Positions 45,612 through 56,779 are shown, counted from the stretch's first letter. The stretch: 64,000 bases of DNA from Bacteroidota bacterium (GCA_049578505.1 JBAUMC010000020.1:1619-65618); one strand, 5' to 3'. Notes: generated by a model not told the origin, from the sequence alone. Numbers and translations are program-made.

Positions 45612-47375
45612 TCAAACCCGTTCAGCACCAAAATCTCTATAGAGCGTTTCAATGAGTGGGTGTTCTTTTGAAGAAGGTTCTTTTGTTTGTGAAGTGGCCG
45701 GGGGCGAACTGTTGTTTTCATGAGAGGAAGGCTTGACGGGCGATGGTGTTGACGGTCGAAGCACCGGTTCGATTCGAAGCTTCGTTCCCAGCATGGTGTT
45801 AAGGGTATCGGTGAGAAACATTTGATTTCTCTTTAAAGAAGAGAAATGAAAATCGTCGCTGCAGGCAATCTGAAGTGTTTCATGCACGAGGGTGACCGGC
45901 AGGCTTTCGCCTAGTATCATCCCCACTGAAATTTTTTTCTTCCGTACGTCATCTACAATATTGTTCCATTCATGCTTGATTTGCTCCAGCAAATCTTGAC
46001 CTTCCGGAAGCGCTTCTGCTCCGATCGCCGGCACTGCCTGTATTGGTACGGGGGGTCCTTTCTGTAGGTTCTCGGGAGAAGGCTTGGCTGAATCCGAAGC
46101 CCTCTTAAAGGAAGTTAACAGATCCTCGGCCTTCATTTCCTCGGCAACATGTACCGAAACCGACGGGGGTTGGACCGGAGATGCATTGCTTACGTTGACG
46201 CTGAACGGTTTTTGAGGAGGATGGTTTCCGGAATTAAGTTTTTTTTTCAACTCGTCAAGTTGCTGAAGAAGGTCGTCAATTTTCACCGACTGTTCCATTT
46301 TCGTCATCTGGATGATGCCAACCTCAAGTTTGAACCGCGGCTGCGAACTGTACCGGATTGACGATTCGAGATCCGTGGTCAATTTTATCAACCGAAGGAT
46401 GTCAAGATCGTTAAACAACAGCGCGTCGTTTGCGTAACGCGTTCGGTAGACCTCGGGGGCTTCGATCAAGCGCGCCGATTGTGTGGCACGGGCGATGAGG
46501 AGGTTGCGAAAATGCTCCGTCAGGCCTGCAAGGAACTCCTTGATGTCGAACCCGTTGCGCACGATCTCATCCACAAGGGCAAGCCCCGTCTGCGTATCAT
46601 GCGCTTTGATGCAATCGCTCACTCGGAAGAAAAATTCCTGGTCGACCACGTTCAACAAGCTGATAATCTGCTGGGCCGTGATTGTCGTTCCGCAATACGA
46701 GACAACCTGGTCGAAGATACTTTGCGAATCGCGCATCGACCCGTCCCCCTTTTTCGCGATGATGATCAGCGAATCGTCGTCGATTGAGATTTTTTCTTCT
46801 CCTGCAATGAACCGCAGCCGGGACATGATATCTTCGACCGTGATGCGGCGGAAATCATACCGTTGACACCGGGAGAGAATTGTCGCCGGGACTTTGTGCA
46901 CTTCGGTGGTTGCGAAAATAAAGAGGACGTGCGGAGGCGGCTCTTCGAGTGTTTTCAGAAGCGCGTTAAACGCTTCCTTTGTCAGCATATGAACTTCATC
47001 GATAATGTAGACTTTGTACTTGCCGCGCGCCGGCGCATAGCGAACCGATTCGCGCAAGTTACGAATTTCGTCGACCCCGCGGTTAGATGCGCCGTCGATT
47101 TCTACGACGTCAAGGCTCCGTCCGTTCGTGATCTCGCTGCAGACTTCGCAGTCGTTGCACGGGTTTGATTCTTTCGGATGAAGGCAATTAATGGCTTTCG
47201 CAAGAATCCGTGCCGTGGTCGTCTTGCCGCAGCCGCGTCCGCCGCAGAAAATGAATGCGTGAGCAAGCCGGTTCGTCGCCAACGCATTCTTCAGCGTGCT
47301 GGTAACATGAGACTGCCCTATGACGTCTTCGAACACCATCGGCCGCCATTTGCGGGCTGTAACCTGGTAAGGCAT
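45612..47375 (-). CDS. dnaX: DNA polymerase III subunits tau/gamma (DnaX)
   Basis: MPYQVTARKWRP, GGRGCGKTT, the zinc module CNDCEVC, and DEVHMLT. ATG at 47375 preferred over the track's TTG at 47384. Confidence 0.95.
   Translation of the reverse strand: MPYQVTARKWRPMVFEDVIGQSHVTSTLKNALATNRLAHAFIFCGGRGCGKTTTARILAKAINCLHPKESNPCNDCEVCSEITNGRSLDVVEIDGASNRGVDEIRNLRESVRYAPARGKYKVYIIDEVHMLTKEAFNALLKTLEEPPPHVLFIFATTEVHKVPATILSRCQRYDFRRITVEDIMSRLRFIAGEEKISIDDDSLIIIAKKGDGSMRDSQSIFDQVVSYCGTTITAQQIISLLNVVDQEFFFRVSDCIKAHDTQTGLALVDEIVRNGFDIKEFLAGLTEHFRNLLIARATQSARLIEAPEVYRTRYANDALLFNDLDILRLIKLTTDLESSIRYSSQPRFKLEVGIIQMTKMEQSVKIDDLLQQLDELKKKLNSGNHPPQKPFSVNVSNASPVQPPSVSVHVAEEMKAEDLLTSFKRASDSAKPSPENLQKGPPVPIQAVPAIGAEALPEGQDLLEQIKHEWNNIVDDVRKKKISVGMILGESLPVTLVHETLQIACSDDFHFSSLKRNQMFLTDTLNTMLGTKLRIEPVLRPSTPSPVKPSSHENNSSPPATSQTKEPSSKEHPLIETLYRDFGAERV
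46239..46247 (-). promoter_or_regulatory. A9 slippery tract inside dnaX (codons K380-K382); candidate recoding or transcriptional-slippage site for a gamma-like product
   Basis: The coding strand reads UUG AAA AAA AAA CUU AAU UCC. The -1 frame gives ACU UAA (a stop after one codon). The +1 frame stops after 16 codons. Confidence 0.4.
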
Positions 47376-47472
47376 GGAGAGCAATTAAGAATTATGAATT
47401 AAAAATTAAGAATGGTCGAGTTGTTAAGATGTTTTATGTTGTACGTTATGCGTAGAACTTACAACGTATTAC

Positions 47473-49875
47473 TCAAAACTTCTTTCCACCAAACACGTAC
47501 TTCAGTGCATCTTCGATCTTTTCAATTGGTACGATCGTCAATCCATCCTTTACCGCATCTTGAATCTCCGTTAAATCTTTTTCGTTCTCTTTTGGAATAA
47601 GGACCGTCTTGATACCGCTCCGCTTGGCAGCGAGAAGCTTCTCGTTCAAGCCACCGATTGCAAGGACGTTGCCGCGGAGAGTGATCTCGCCTGTCATCGC
47701 AACATCGCTTCGCGCAGGCTTTCCGCTGATCGCAGAAACCATCGCCATGGCCATTGTAATGCCGGCGGAGGGGCCGTCTTTCGGAATCGCCCCCTCGGGA
47801 AGATGGATGTGAATTTCTTTCTTCCTGAAAAAATCGGGATTGAGTTTCAATGACTTCGCGTTCGAACGGATATAACTCAGAGCGGCATGGGCCGATTCTT
47901 TCATCACATCGCCCAGCTGTCCCGTCAGTGTCAACCGCTCCGGTCCCCGCATCATCGTCACATCGACTTCGAGAATTTCGCCGCCGACACTTGTCCATGC
48001 CAGGCCGGTGACCGAGCCGATGCGCGGTTTGCGTTCCGCTTCCCGAGAGCGGAATTTCGGAACGCCGAGATACTTGACAATTTTTTCTCCATCCACGAAA
48101 ATGGACGGGTGTTTTTTCTTCGGCGCGCCGTGTTTATGCCCGTTTTTCTGTTTGCCGAGTACAATTTCTTTTGCCGCTTTCCTGCAGACGGAAGCGATCT
48201 CGCGTTCAAGGTTTCGAACGCCAGCTTCGCGCGTGTATTCCTGAATAATCTTGTTGATAGCTTCGTCGCCGATCGTCACGTCTGTTTCCTTCAAGCCATG
48301 TTCTCCCATCTGCTTCGGAATAATGTGACGCTTCGCGATTTCCCGTTTTTCGAAATCGAGATAACTCGCAAGCTCGATGATCTCCATTCTATCCTGAAGG
48401 GGAAGAGGAATCGTGTAGCGCACGTTCGCGGTGGTGATGAACATGACGTTTGAGAGGTCGTAATCGACATCAATATAGTGGTCGTTGAACGTGCTGTTTT
48501 GTTCAGGGTCGAGCACTTCAAGAAGAGCCGAAGCCGGGTCGCCGTGAAAATCCATGCTCATCTTATCAACTTCATCCATCAAGAGGAGGGGATTAACCAC
48601 ACCGGCGCGTTTCATCGACTGAATGATCTTGCCCGGCATCGAGCCGATGTAAGTCCTTCGATGTCCTCTTATTTCCGCTTCGTCCCGGATACCGCCGAGC
48701 GAAATGCGGACAAATTTTCTTCCGAGGGCCCGTGCAATCGATTTTGCGAGAGACGTTTTTCCCACACCCGGCGGTCCGACGAGGCACAATATCTGACCTT
48801 TCATCTCTTTCACGAGATTGAGGACTGCTATGTGTTCAAGAATCCGCTCCTTGGGTTTCTCCAGTCCGAAGTGATCTTCGTCGAGAATTCCTTTCACGTG
48901 GTCAACTTTCAGATTATCTTTCGTCCGCTTCTGCCATGGAACGCTTGTCAGCCAGTCGAGGTAATTTCGTGTAACGGTAAACTCGGGAGACATCGCCGGA
49001 GTTTTCTTCAGCTTGTTGAACTCTTCTACTGCTTTTGCGTGGACTTCCTTCGGCATCTTGGCTTTTTCAATATCCTGCTTTACCTTTGCCAGTTCGGGTG
49101 AAGCTTCGTCTTCGCCCAATTCGTCCTGCAAAATCTTTATCTGTTCCTGGATAAAAAATTTCCGCTGCGATTTTTGGATGTTGTCATGCACCTTCGAATC
49201 GATTTCCCGTTCGATCTTCAACATGCTGATTTCGCTGTTGAGGATGCGAATCACTTCCATGAATTGCTCGCGCGTGTTGTGGATGCGCAAAATTTTCTGT
49301 TTGACTTCTACGCTCTGCACGATGTTTGCCGCGATGTAATAGAGCCGGCGCTGGCCGTCCTTGATGTTATCATAGGCGGAAAGGACCTCGGGGGGAATGG
49401 CGCGGTTAGCGCGGACATATTCGCCGAAAAGCGTCGACGCATGTCTGATAATTGCGTCCATTTCGGTGCTTTCTTCGGGAATGCCCACATGGATTTCTAT
49501 TTCTGCCTGAAGATATTTTTCGCTCGTCAAGTATTTCTTGATTGATGCCTGCACGATACCGTCGACAAGAATTTTGAGCAGACCGTTGGGAAGCTTGAGA
49601 ATCTGTATGATCTTCGCGACGACACCTTCTTTATAGATGTCGTCGGCGCCTGGTTCGTCGATTGATGGGTCCTGCTGTGCCGCGAGAAAAATGTACTTTT
49701 CATTTTCCAGCGCATAATTTGCCGCTCGAAGCGACGATTCGCGTCCAACTAACACTGGAAAGATCATGTGCGGGAAGATTACGACATCGCGCAACGGAAG
49801 TACGGGAAGCGTTGTTGGAATAGAATCGACGGTGCCGATCTTCGATTCTTTATCCTTCACTTTTTCAATTGCCAT
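47473..49875 (-). CDS. lon: ATP-dependent Lon protease
   Basis: LON N-domain, Walker [10 protein letters not shown], and protease active site [12 protein letters not shown]. Confidence 0.97.
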   Translation of the reverse strand: MAIEKVKDKESKIGTVDSIPTTLPVLPLRDVVIFPHMIFPVLVGRESSLRAANYALENEKYIFLAAQQDPSIDEPGADDIYKEGVVAKIIQILKLPNGLLKILVDGIVQASIKKYLTSEKYLQAEIEIHVGIPEESTEMDAIIRHASTLFGEYVRANRAIPPEVLSAYDNIKDGQRRLYYIAANIVQSVEVKQKILRIHNTREQFMEVIRILNSEISMLKIEREIDSKVHDNIQKSQRKFFIQEQIKILQDELGEDEASPELAKVKQDIEKAKMPKEVHAKAVEEFNKLKKTPAMSPEFTVTRNYLDWLTSVPWQKRTKDNLKVDHVKGILDEDHFGLEKPKERILEHIAVLNLVKEMKGQILCLVGPPGVGKTSLAKSIARALGRKFVRISLGGIRDEAEIRGHRRTYIGSMPGKIIQSMKRAGVVNPLLLMDEVDKMSMDFHGDPASALLEVLDPEQNSTFNDHYIDVDYDLSNVMFITTANVRYTIPLPLQDRMEIIELASYLDFEKREIAKRHIIPKQMGEHGLKETDVTIGDEAINKIIQEYTREAGVRNLEREIASVCRKAAKEIVLGKQKNGHKHGAPKKKHPSIFVDGEKIVKYLGVPKFRSREAERKPRIGSVTGLAWTSVGGEILEVDVTMMRGPERLTLTGQLGDVMKESAHAALSYIRSNAKSLKLNPDFFRKKEIHIHLPEGAIPKDGPSAGITMAMAMVSAISGKPARSDVAMTGEITLRGNVLAIGGLNEKLLAAKRSGIKTVLIPKENEKDLTEIQDAVKDGLTIVPIEKIEDALKYVFGGKKF

Positions 49876-49910
49876 TTCAATAATGCTCTAGTTCTATGAG
49901 GGTGAATATA

Positions 49911-49939
49911 GACAGAAAAAGCGGGAAAACAATCCGCTT
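49911..49939 (-). terminator. Weak rho-independent terminator candidate between the RND operon and lon
   Basis: The minus strand reads AAGCGG-attgttttc-CCGCTT followed by TTTTCTGTC. Confidence 0.3.
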
Positions 49940-50131
49940 GGTTTTGGTGCAATGTATTTATGGTTGTATGTTAAAAAGGTACTGATAATTTGAGGGGATG
50001 TCAAGGCGAGCCGTGCCAAACGAGTTACTGTGTTGAGAGCGAATCAAAAAATCTATTGCAAAGAAGTCACTCATCACCCCATACCTCTCCTCAATGAGGA
50101 GGGAAAAACGCAAAGCTTCAGGGTGGTAATT

Positions 50132-53100
50132 CTATTCCGGCTGCAATTCCGCCTGCACATCAACTTTCTTCCCGTTAGTCCGGAATTTCGGCAGCAATGC
50201 AACGTGTTTGAACAACGCCGGAAGTTTTTCCTTCAAGCCGTCGACATACGTGTACATCACCGGCACGAGCACGAGTGTCAAAAGGAGCGAGCTCGTCAGT
50301 CCTCCGACGAGCGCCCACGCAAGACCCGATTTCCATTCTGCGCCGGCTTCGGTGCTTATCGCTATCGGCAGCATGCCGAAAACCATTGCGACGGTCGTCA
50401 TCAAAATCGGACGGAGACGTGTTTCACCCGCTTCGAGCAGCGCGTCGTACGTCGGCAGGTTGCGCTCTTCTTTCATTTGATTTGTCCGGTCGACAAGAAG
50501 AATTGCATTTTTTCCCACAAGGCCGACGAGCATGATGATGCCGAGAATGGAAAAAATACTGAGCGCTTTCATCGTCAACGCAAGTGCCAGCAGCGCGCCG
50601 ATCATTGCGACGGGGATCGAAAACAACACGACAAACGGATAGACATACGAATCATACAACGCAACCATGATTAAATAAGTGAACAATACGGCGGCAATAA
50701 GAGCGAATCCCAGACTGCCGAATCCATCCGACTGATTCTTGAGATCGCCGATATAGCTGATTTGGATTCCCGGAGGTACAACTCCGTTCGACAAAGCTTT
50801 CTGAATGTCCGCGCCGATGCTCCCACTCGGGCGGCCGATTGCTTGTGAAAAAACCGTGACGGAAAAATTCCGATCCTGTCTCTGTAATTTGGTCGGCCCC
50901 GTAGTCTGGTAAATGTTTGCAAACTGTTTTAACTCCACTAATTCTCCCTTCCGGTTGAGAACGGTGATACCGCCAACATCGGATGTTTTGGAGCGGTCGA
51001 ACTTGTCCAGAACGATGCGCATGTCGTACTCGGTCGTCCCTTGACGGAATTTAGAATCGTCGTCTCCCTCAAGAGCAACCCGAAGTGTGGAGCCGACATC
51101 GGCCAGCGTTAACCCGAAGGCAGCCATTCGCTGGCGGTCAATCTCGACCCGCGTTTCCGGTTTCCCGTCCTCGGATGAAAGCCGAACGTCAGCCGTCCCC
51201 GGAATTTTGCGCATGACGTCAGCGACCTTCGATGCAGCCGAACGCACTTCGTCGTAGTTTGTCCCACTGACAACCAACTGAATCGGCGTCTGATTCGCCG
51301 TGCCGAAAATGCCGATCGGGTTGACGCGAACCTTAACGCCCGGTATTTCGGTAGTCTTTGACTTGATCTCCCCGGCGATATCATCCGTCGAACGGGTGCG
51401 CTGATCGCGCGGCACAAGCGTAACGTTTAATTCCGAGTTGTTGTTCGACGTTTGTCCCAGCAACCCTTCGCTTGACGCGCCGACGTTGACGAACATTTTT
51501 TGCACTTCCGGAATTTCCGAAATGATCTTTTCGACCCTCTGCGTTACAAAATTCGTGTTATCGAACGTGGACCCCGGCGGCAGCTCAAGCGTAACTGTAA
51601 ATTCCCCACGGTCCGCGACTGCGATAAATTCCGAACCGATAAAACCCAAGGGCGGGAGCGACAGTGCGGCAAAAAACAACACGACGGCGAGGAGGATAAT
51701 CTTACTGCGGTGGTGAAGGCTCCACCGAAGGATTTTGACGTACTCGTCGGAAAGTTTTTTAAACATTCCCTCGAACCAGACGGCAAATTTTCCCAATAAT
51801 GTCCGGTCGGTGAGCCGTTCCAATTTTGCAAACCGCGAGGCCAACAGCGGCGTAACGGTGAACGAGACAAAAAGGGACATGAGCGTTGAGAAAACAACCG
51901 TCAATGCGAACTCGCGCATGATGTTGCCGACAAGCCCGGAGACGAGAGAGAGAGGCAGAAAAACTACAACGTCGACAAGCGTAATCGAGAGCGCGGCAAA
52001 GCCGATTTCATTTCTTCCTTTAATTGAAGCGCTTCGTTTATCTTCACCGTGCTCTAGATGACGATAAATATTTTCGAGGACGACGATCGAATCGTCGACA
52101 AGAATCCCGACCACAAGCGACAATCCGAGAAGTGTCATGAGATTCAGTGACATCCCGAAAATATACATTCCGATGAACGAGGAAACCATCGATGCCGGAA
52201 TCGCGATCATTACGATAATCGAGTTGCGAATGCTGTGGAGAAATCCGAGCATAACCAGTGCAACCAAGAAAATAGCGAGCGTCAAATCATGTTTCACTGC
52301 GTCCGCGGCATCTTTTGTGAACGTCGAGCCGTCCTGGGCAATGTTGAATTTCAAATTTATGCTGTTGAAATCTTTTTCTATTTTCGGAAGCTCGGCCCGG
52401 ATTGACCCGCTCACTTCAACGGCATTGGCGTCGTTTTGCTTTTGGATCAACAAACCAACGGAAGTGATCCCGTTGATACGGCTCAGCGTGGTATAGTCTT
52501 TTTGGCCATCCTGCACTTCGGCAACATCGGAGAGCTTGATATCGCCCCCTTCTTTCGATTGCGCAATAACAAGATTGCGGACATCGTCGACCGTCGCAAA
52601 TTTTCCGGCGATCCGAACCGTGTACTGGGTTTCGCCTTGCTCGACTTTGCCGGTAGGAAAGTCGAGGTTCGACGATTTTACGGCTTGCACCACCTGCAGA
52701 ATCGACATACCATATGACCTGAGTTTCTGCGCGTCGACATTAATCCGAATCTCGCGTTCGTCCCCTCCGACAAGGGTGATCTGCGCAACCCCCGGCACTT
52801 TCGACAAACGAGGTTGCACGCGGTCTTTAAGAAGCTGGTAAAATTCCCTGCTTGGCATCGAGCTTGTCGCACCCATCCGCATCACGGGGAGCTCGTCGAG
52901 GGCAAACTTTGTAACGGTCGGCGTTTTTGCACCTTCCGGAAGCGTGAACGCCACTTCATTCACCTTGCGCTGCGCATCCTGCAATGCAACGTTTACATCA
53001 GCAGATTGCAGAAACTCGATATTCACAAAGGAAAGCCCTTCCGAAGAGGTCGAATAGACCGCGGACACTTTGTCGATTCCGGAAACAGCGTCTTCGATAA

Positions 53101-53296
53101 TTTTTGTGACGGATGTCTGTACTTCATTCGGCGATGCTCCGGGATAAATCGTCGTGATCGTGACATAAGGGGACGAAATTTTGGGGAGCAGCTCGTACTT
53201 CAATTGAGAATAGCTGAAGATTCCGAGCACGCCCAGTGCTGCAAAAATCACGACGATAATCGTGGGGCGCTTGATCGATAATTCAGTCAGTGTCAT
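50132..53296 (-). CDS. RND efflux transporter permease (AcrB/HAE1-like)
   Basis: 1054 aa, with a 12-TM pattern and two large periplasmic loops. N-terminus MTLTELSIKRPTIIVVIFAALGVLG. Confidence 0.92.
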   Translation of the reverse strand: MTLTELSIKRPTIIVVIFAALGVLGIFSYSQLKYELLPKISSPYVTITTIYPGASPNEVQTSVTKIIEDAVSGIDKVSAVYSTSSEGLSFVNIEFLQSADVNVALQDAQRKVNEVAFTLPEGAKTPTVTKFALDELPVMRMGATSSMPSREFYQLLKDRVQPRLSKVPGVAQITLVGGDEREIRINVDAQKLRSYGMSILQVVQAVKSSNLDFPTGKVEQGETQYTVRIAGKFATVDDVRNLVIAQSKEGGDIKLSDVAEVQDGQKDYTTLSRINGITSVGLLIQKQNDANAVEVSGSIRAELPKIEKDFNSINLKFNIAQDGSTFTKDAADAVKHDLTLAIFLVALVMLGFLHSIRNSIIVMIAIPASMVSSFIGMYIFGMSLNLMTLLGLSLVVGILVDDSIVVLENIYRHLEHGEDKRSASIKGRNEIGFAALSITLVDVVVFLPLSLVSGLVGNIMREFALTVVFSTLMSLFVSFTVTPLLASRFAKLERLTDRTLLGKFAVWFEGMFKKLSDEYVKILRWSLHHRSKIILLAVVLFFAALSLPPLGFIGSEFIAVADRGEFTVTLELPPGSTFDNTNFVTQRVEKIISEIPEVQKMFVNVGASSEGLLGQTSNNNSELNVTLVPRDQRTRSTDDIAGEIKSKTTEIPGVKVRVNPIGIFGTANQTPIQLVVSGTNYDEVRSAASKVADVMRKIPGTADVRLSSEDGKPETRVEIDRQRMAAFGLTLADVGSTLRVALEGDDDSKFRQGTTEYDMRIVLDKFDRSKTSDVGGITVLNRKGELVELKQFANIYQTTGPTKLQRQDRNFSVTVFSQAIGRPSGSIGADIQKALSNGVVPPGIQISYIGDLKNQSDGFGSLGFALIAAVLFTYLIMVALYDSYVYPFVVLFSIPVAMIGALLALALTMKALSIFSILGIIMLVGLVGKNAILLVDRTNQMKEERNLPTYDALLEAGETRLRPILMTTVAMVFGMLPIAISTEAGAEWKSGLAWALVGGLTSSLLLTLVLVPVMYTYVDGLKEKLPALFKHVALLPKFRTNGKKVDVQAELQPE

Positions 53297-53347
53297 ATCT
53301 CTTCTCCATCGTGTTGGACACCAATGCTACTGGTGCCATAGATAAAT

Positions 53348-54397
53348 TCATTTCACAACCGTGACGGCGTCCTTATCCTTCAAATTGTTCTGGCCGCTGA
53401 GTACAACCTCTTCGTCATTCTGCAGGCCTGAAAGGACCTGCAAATTCGTCCCAACCTCGGCGCCGACCACAACATTCCGGAGATGAGCAATCCCCTGCTC
53501 AACCACAAAAACCTGGGCGTCCTTCGTGCTGCCGACAAGCGTTTCCCTGGGGATCGAAAGCGTTTCGCCCGACCGGATCGAAACAAACGACACCCGTCCG
53601 AACATTCCCGCTCTTAGCGGATGCGCAGCGCTGTTGGCAAGCTGTACCTCGACCGGATATGTGTGCGCTTCATCCCCCTTTGCACTGATCGTTGCAATTT
53701 TCCCGGTAAATGTAACTCCCGGATAGATGTCGGTTGTAACTTCTGCAGTATCACCAACTTTCAATTTGAATGCATCCTCTTCTGCAACATTAAGCTTAAC
53801 CTTCAACGTTGAAATGTCGACAACATTTGCAATAATATTATTCTTTTGTACCATCGCACCGATGTCGACAGGACGCGCGCTGACTATTCCCGATATGGGA
53901 GATTTGATTTTCGTATCGTTGTATTGGCGGCGGGCGATAATATACTGCGCTTCGGCGGATTTAAATCCGAGCCTAGCCGATTCAAGCTGTTCATTGGAAA
54001 CGGAAGATTCTTTGTACAGTTTTTCATACCGTTCCAAATCTTTTTTCAGCTTTTGATAATTCACTTCAGCCGCAACATAGCTCGCTTGCTTCAGCTCGTC
54101 ATCAACTTGAACGAGAACCGCCCCGGCTTGCACTTTGTCGCCGACGTTTACCATCACCTTTGTCACGCGTCCTTCCGTTTCGGAAAGAACCGCAACATCG
54201 TTGAATGCGGTGATAGTGCCGGTCAACGAAAAATCTTCCGACAGCACTTGTTTTTGAACCTGAACAAGCGTAACGGGTAGAAATTTTACTTCATCGTTCT
54301 TTGACTTCGCCTGCATTTTCGATTTGTTGTTCAACAACACAACAATCATTAACGCGAAGAGAACGACAACGCCGACAATAATTCTCATCTTCTTCAT
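53348..54397 (-). CDS. RND efflux periplasmic adaptor (membrane fusion protein)
   Basis: N-terminal anchor, a coiled-coil hairpin (YQKLKKDLERYEKLYKE...AEAQYIIARRQYNDTKIKSPISG), and lipoyl/beta-barrel regions. Confidence 0.88.
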   Translation of the reverse strand: MKKMRIIVGVVVLFALMIVVLLNNKSKMQAKSKNDEVKFLPVTLVQVQKQVLSEDFSLTGTITAFNDVAVLSETEGRVTKVMVNVGDKVQAGAVLVQVDDELKQASYVAAEVNYQKLKKDLERYEKLYKESSVSNEQLESARLGFKSAEAQYIIARRQYNDTKIKSPISGIVSARPVDIGAMVQKNNIIANVVDISTLKVKLNVAEEDAFKLKVGDTAEVTTDIYPGVTFTGKIATISAKGDEAHTYPVEVQLANSAAHPLRAGMFGRVSFVSIRSGETLSIPRETLVGSTKDAQVFVVEQGIAHLRNVVVGAEVGTNLQVLSGLQNDEEVVLSGQNNLKDKDAVTVVK

Positions 54398-54450
54398 GCT
54401 TTACTCCCTCACTTAAATGTGTCTGATAGAAATTGAAACCTTTAATCTCT

Positions 54451-55134
54451 TCACACGCTTTGGTACAAAGCTATCTCACGGTACATTTTCTTTGCTTCTT
54501 CCGTCATCATCGCCTCGAGAAGCATCGCATGCACCCGGCGAAGCGCAGTCTCCAGGTTGAGTTCCATAACGTCTTTCCAGTAATTGTCCTCTCTATCCAT
54601 CTGTCGCATCAAGCCGTTCGAGCTTGCCCAGAGAATAACCGCAGCCTGTTTCGGGTCGAGATCGGGTTGGATCACTCCTTCATCTATGCCCCGCCTGATA
54701 AGGTCGATGAGCACTCCCCATACTTTTTGATTATGACTCGCACATGATTGCAGCATTTCTTCAGAAACCTGTTTATGGAATTGCGGGTTTTCGAAAAGGT
54801 GAAACATGCGGTAATAGTTACGGTGTTGTTTAAAAAATTCGTAATAGGCTTCACCGAAGTTTGCAATCGTCTTCAGAGTAGGATGAGCGTCGGAGAGAAC
54901 ATTGCTGAACATCTCGTACAGGATATCTATTCCTCGAAGCATTACAGCAAAGTAGAGATCCTCTTTGCTTTTGTAGTAGAGGTAGAGAGTCCCTTTGCTT
55001 AATTCTGCAGCTTCGGCTATCTCATCCATTGTTGCAACGGCGAGCCCTTTTTGAAAAAATATCTTTTGCGCGGCATCAATGATCTCTTCCCGGCGATGTT
55101 CTTTTTCCCTCTCTTTTCTTTCAATAATTCCCAT
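54451..55134 (-). CDS. TetR/AcrR family transcriptional regulator
   Basis: HTH region IIDAAQKIFFQKGLAVATMDEIAEAAELSKGTLYLYYKSKEDLY. ATG at 55134 preferred over GTG at 55146. Confidence 0.88.
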   Translation of the reverse strand: MGIIERKEREKEHRREEIIDAAQKIFFQKGLAVATMDEIAEAAELSKGTLYLYYKSKEDLYFAVMLRGIDILYEMFSNVLSDAHPTLKTIANFGEAYYEFFKQHRNYYRMFHLFENPQFHKQVSEEMLQSCASHNQKVWGVLIDLIRRGIDEGVIQPDLDPKQAAVILWASSNGLMRQMDREDNYWKDVMELNLETALRRVHAMLLEAMMTEEAKKMYREIALYQSV

Positions 55135-55295
55135 ACAATACTCCACTTCACAGTTAAAACTTATAATTAAAAATTAGCGGAAGCTTGGGTTCCACTCAAG
55201 TTTGATAGGGGGTGACCGTCACCTCTACCAAGAAATTAAAATTATCCCCTGCCGAAGATTGAATTCAGCCGCACAAAGAATCAACGATAGAATAA

Positions 55296-55316
55296 TTATT
55301 GACTGGCAGTTAGTAA
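55296..55316. promoter_or_regulatory. Imperfect 21-bp palindrome upstream of the TetR-MFP-RND operon; candidate TetR operator
   Basis: TTATTGACTG-G-CAGTTAGTAA has 8 of 10 symmetric positions. It lies about 160 nt upstream of the TetR start. Confidence 0.3.
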
Positions 55317-55546
55317 AAACAAAACAACTGGGGAAAGGTTCCAAAGCCTGAGAGAATTCCTTAAAGAGAGGTTTTTTTAGCATTTATGGAGAGGCGGGGT
55401 CGACTCGCAAAACGGGCGGCGTTCCAAGTTCATTTCAATAACAGCCTCGAAATTCTTGCAATACCAAAAGCTGAGAAACTGCGGGGGCACAATTCAGTCT
55501 GCGAGGTTTTGAGCGGGGGTCGTTCAGGATAGAGTCGCCGAAATCG

Positions 55547-56779
55547 TCAACGACGGCGTTTAGAAAGCCATACTTCGGGGTTCTGTTTTTCTTTCTCTTT
55601 CCAAACCTCAAAATGGAGCACGCTGCCGGAAACGGAATCGCCGCTTTTTGCAATCACTGTTCCGTCCGATACCTGCTCCCCTTCGGTAACTTCGATGTCC
55701 GAAAGATGTGCATACACTGTATGGAATCCGCCGGCGTGTTTGAGAATAACGAGATTTCCGTACGACGGCAGCCAGTGAATCATCGCCACTTCTCCGTCCG
55801 CAACAGACTTCACCGGTGAGCCGGTTTTAATTGAGATATCGATTCCGGTATTCTGCGTTATCGTTTTCAAAACAGGATGCACCTGATTGCCAAAGTGCGC
55901 AACGACTGCTCCGGCCGACACCGGCCACGGCAATTTCCCTTTGAGTGATTCAAAGGACGCTCCCGTTTCAACCGGCGGTTCTTCGGTTTCTTTCAGCTTC
56001 AATCGCTCCCTTTCAGCTGAACGTTCCCGCGCAAGGCTTTCTTCGTGTTCCTTCCGAATGCGATCTTTCTCAACAAGGTCGGTGATAAGATTTTGCAGCT
56101 CCTCGGCGGCGCGCGTTTTCCTCACCAACTCTCTTTTCATCGCGGCTTTGTCTTTTCGTATCACCTTAAGCGCCTGCGCCCGTTTATGTTTTTTCTTTTC
56201 GAGGAACTGTTCCTCTTGTTCCTTGCTTGATATTACTTCATGCTGCTCATCAAGTTTTTGCTGCAAGTCAACTTTCTCCGCCGCGAGAATAAGGCGTTTG
56301 TCCTGGATTTTCTCCAAATCTTTCTTGCGCTGTTCCGAGAATCGTTTTAGGTATTCAATCCGGATATATAGCTGGTTGATGGAATTCGAAGAGAAGAGCG
56401 TTTCCAAATCATAGACCCTCCCGAACTTGTACACAGCAGTGACATATTTTGCGTAATGAAGCTTGAGGAAGGAAAGCTGTTTTTCTAAGAAGGTAATATT
56501 GTCCGAGGCCAGGGCGATCGAAGTTTGAAGCTCTTCTTCTTCATCCTTGAGCTCCCCAAGGAGCGAATGAACAAGATTGCTTTGTTTCTCGTAATTGTCG
56601 ATACGTTCAAGTGTTACCTTTTCCTTTTTCTCACTCTCTTGTATGCGCTGCTCATAGGAATCGATTTCTTTCCGAAGTTTTTCCAGTGCCCGTTCTTTTC
56701 TTTTGATGTCCTGTTCGCCGCCGTTCAGCACAGAGCACGCTGCCGCGACCAACACAACGAACATCAATACGCGTTTCAT
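55547..56779 (-). CDS. M23 family peptidase with an N-terminal coiled coil (EnvC-like)
   Basis: Signal peptide, about 250 aa of heptad-rich sequence, and a C-terminal LytM domain (GIDISIKTGSPVKSVADGEV...HLSDIEV...GDSVSGSVLHFEVW). Confidence 0.88.
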   Translation of the reverse strand: MKRVLMFVVLVAAACSVLNGGEQDIKRKERALEKLRKEIDSYEQRIQESEKKEKVTLERIDNYEKQSNLVHSLLGELKDEEEELQTSIALASDNITFLEKQLSFLKLHYAKYVTAVYKFGRVYDLETLFSSNSINQLYIRIEYLKRFSEQRKKDLEKIQDKRLILAAEKVDLQQKLDEQHEVISSKEQEEQFLEKKKHKRAQALKVIRKDKAAMKRELVRKTRAAEELQNLITDLVEKDRIRKEHEESLARERSAERERLKLKETEEPPVETGASFESLKGKLPWPVSAGAVVAHFGNQVHPVLKTITQNTGIDISIKTGSPVKSVADGEVAMIHWLPSYGNLVILKHAGGFHTVYAHLSDIEVTEGEQVSDGTVIAKSGDSVSGSVLHFEVWKEKEKQNPEVWLSKRRR

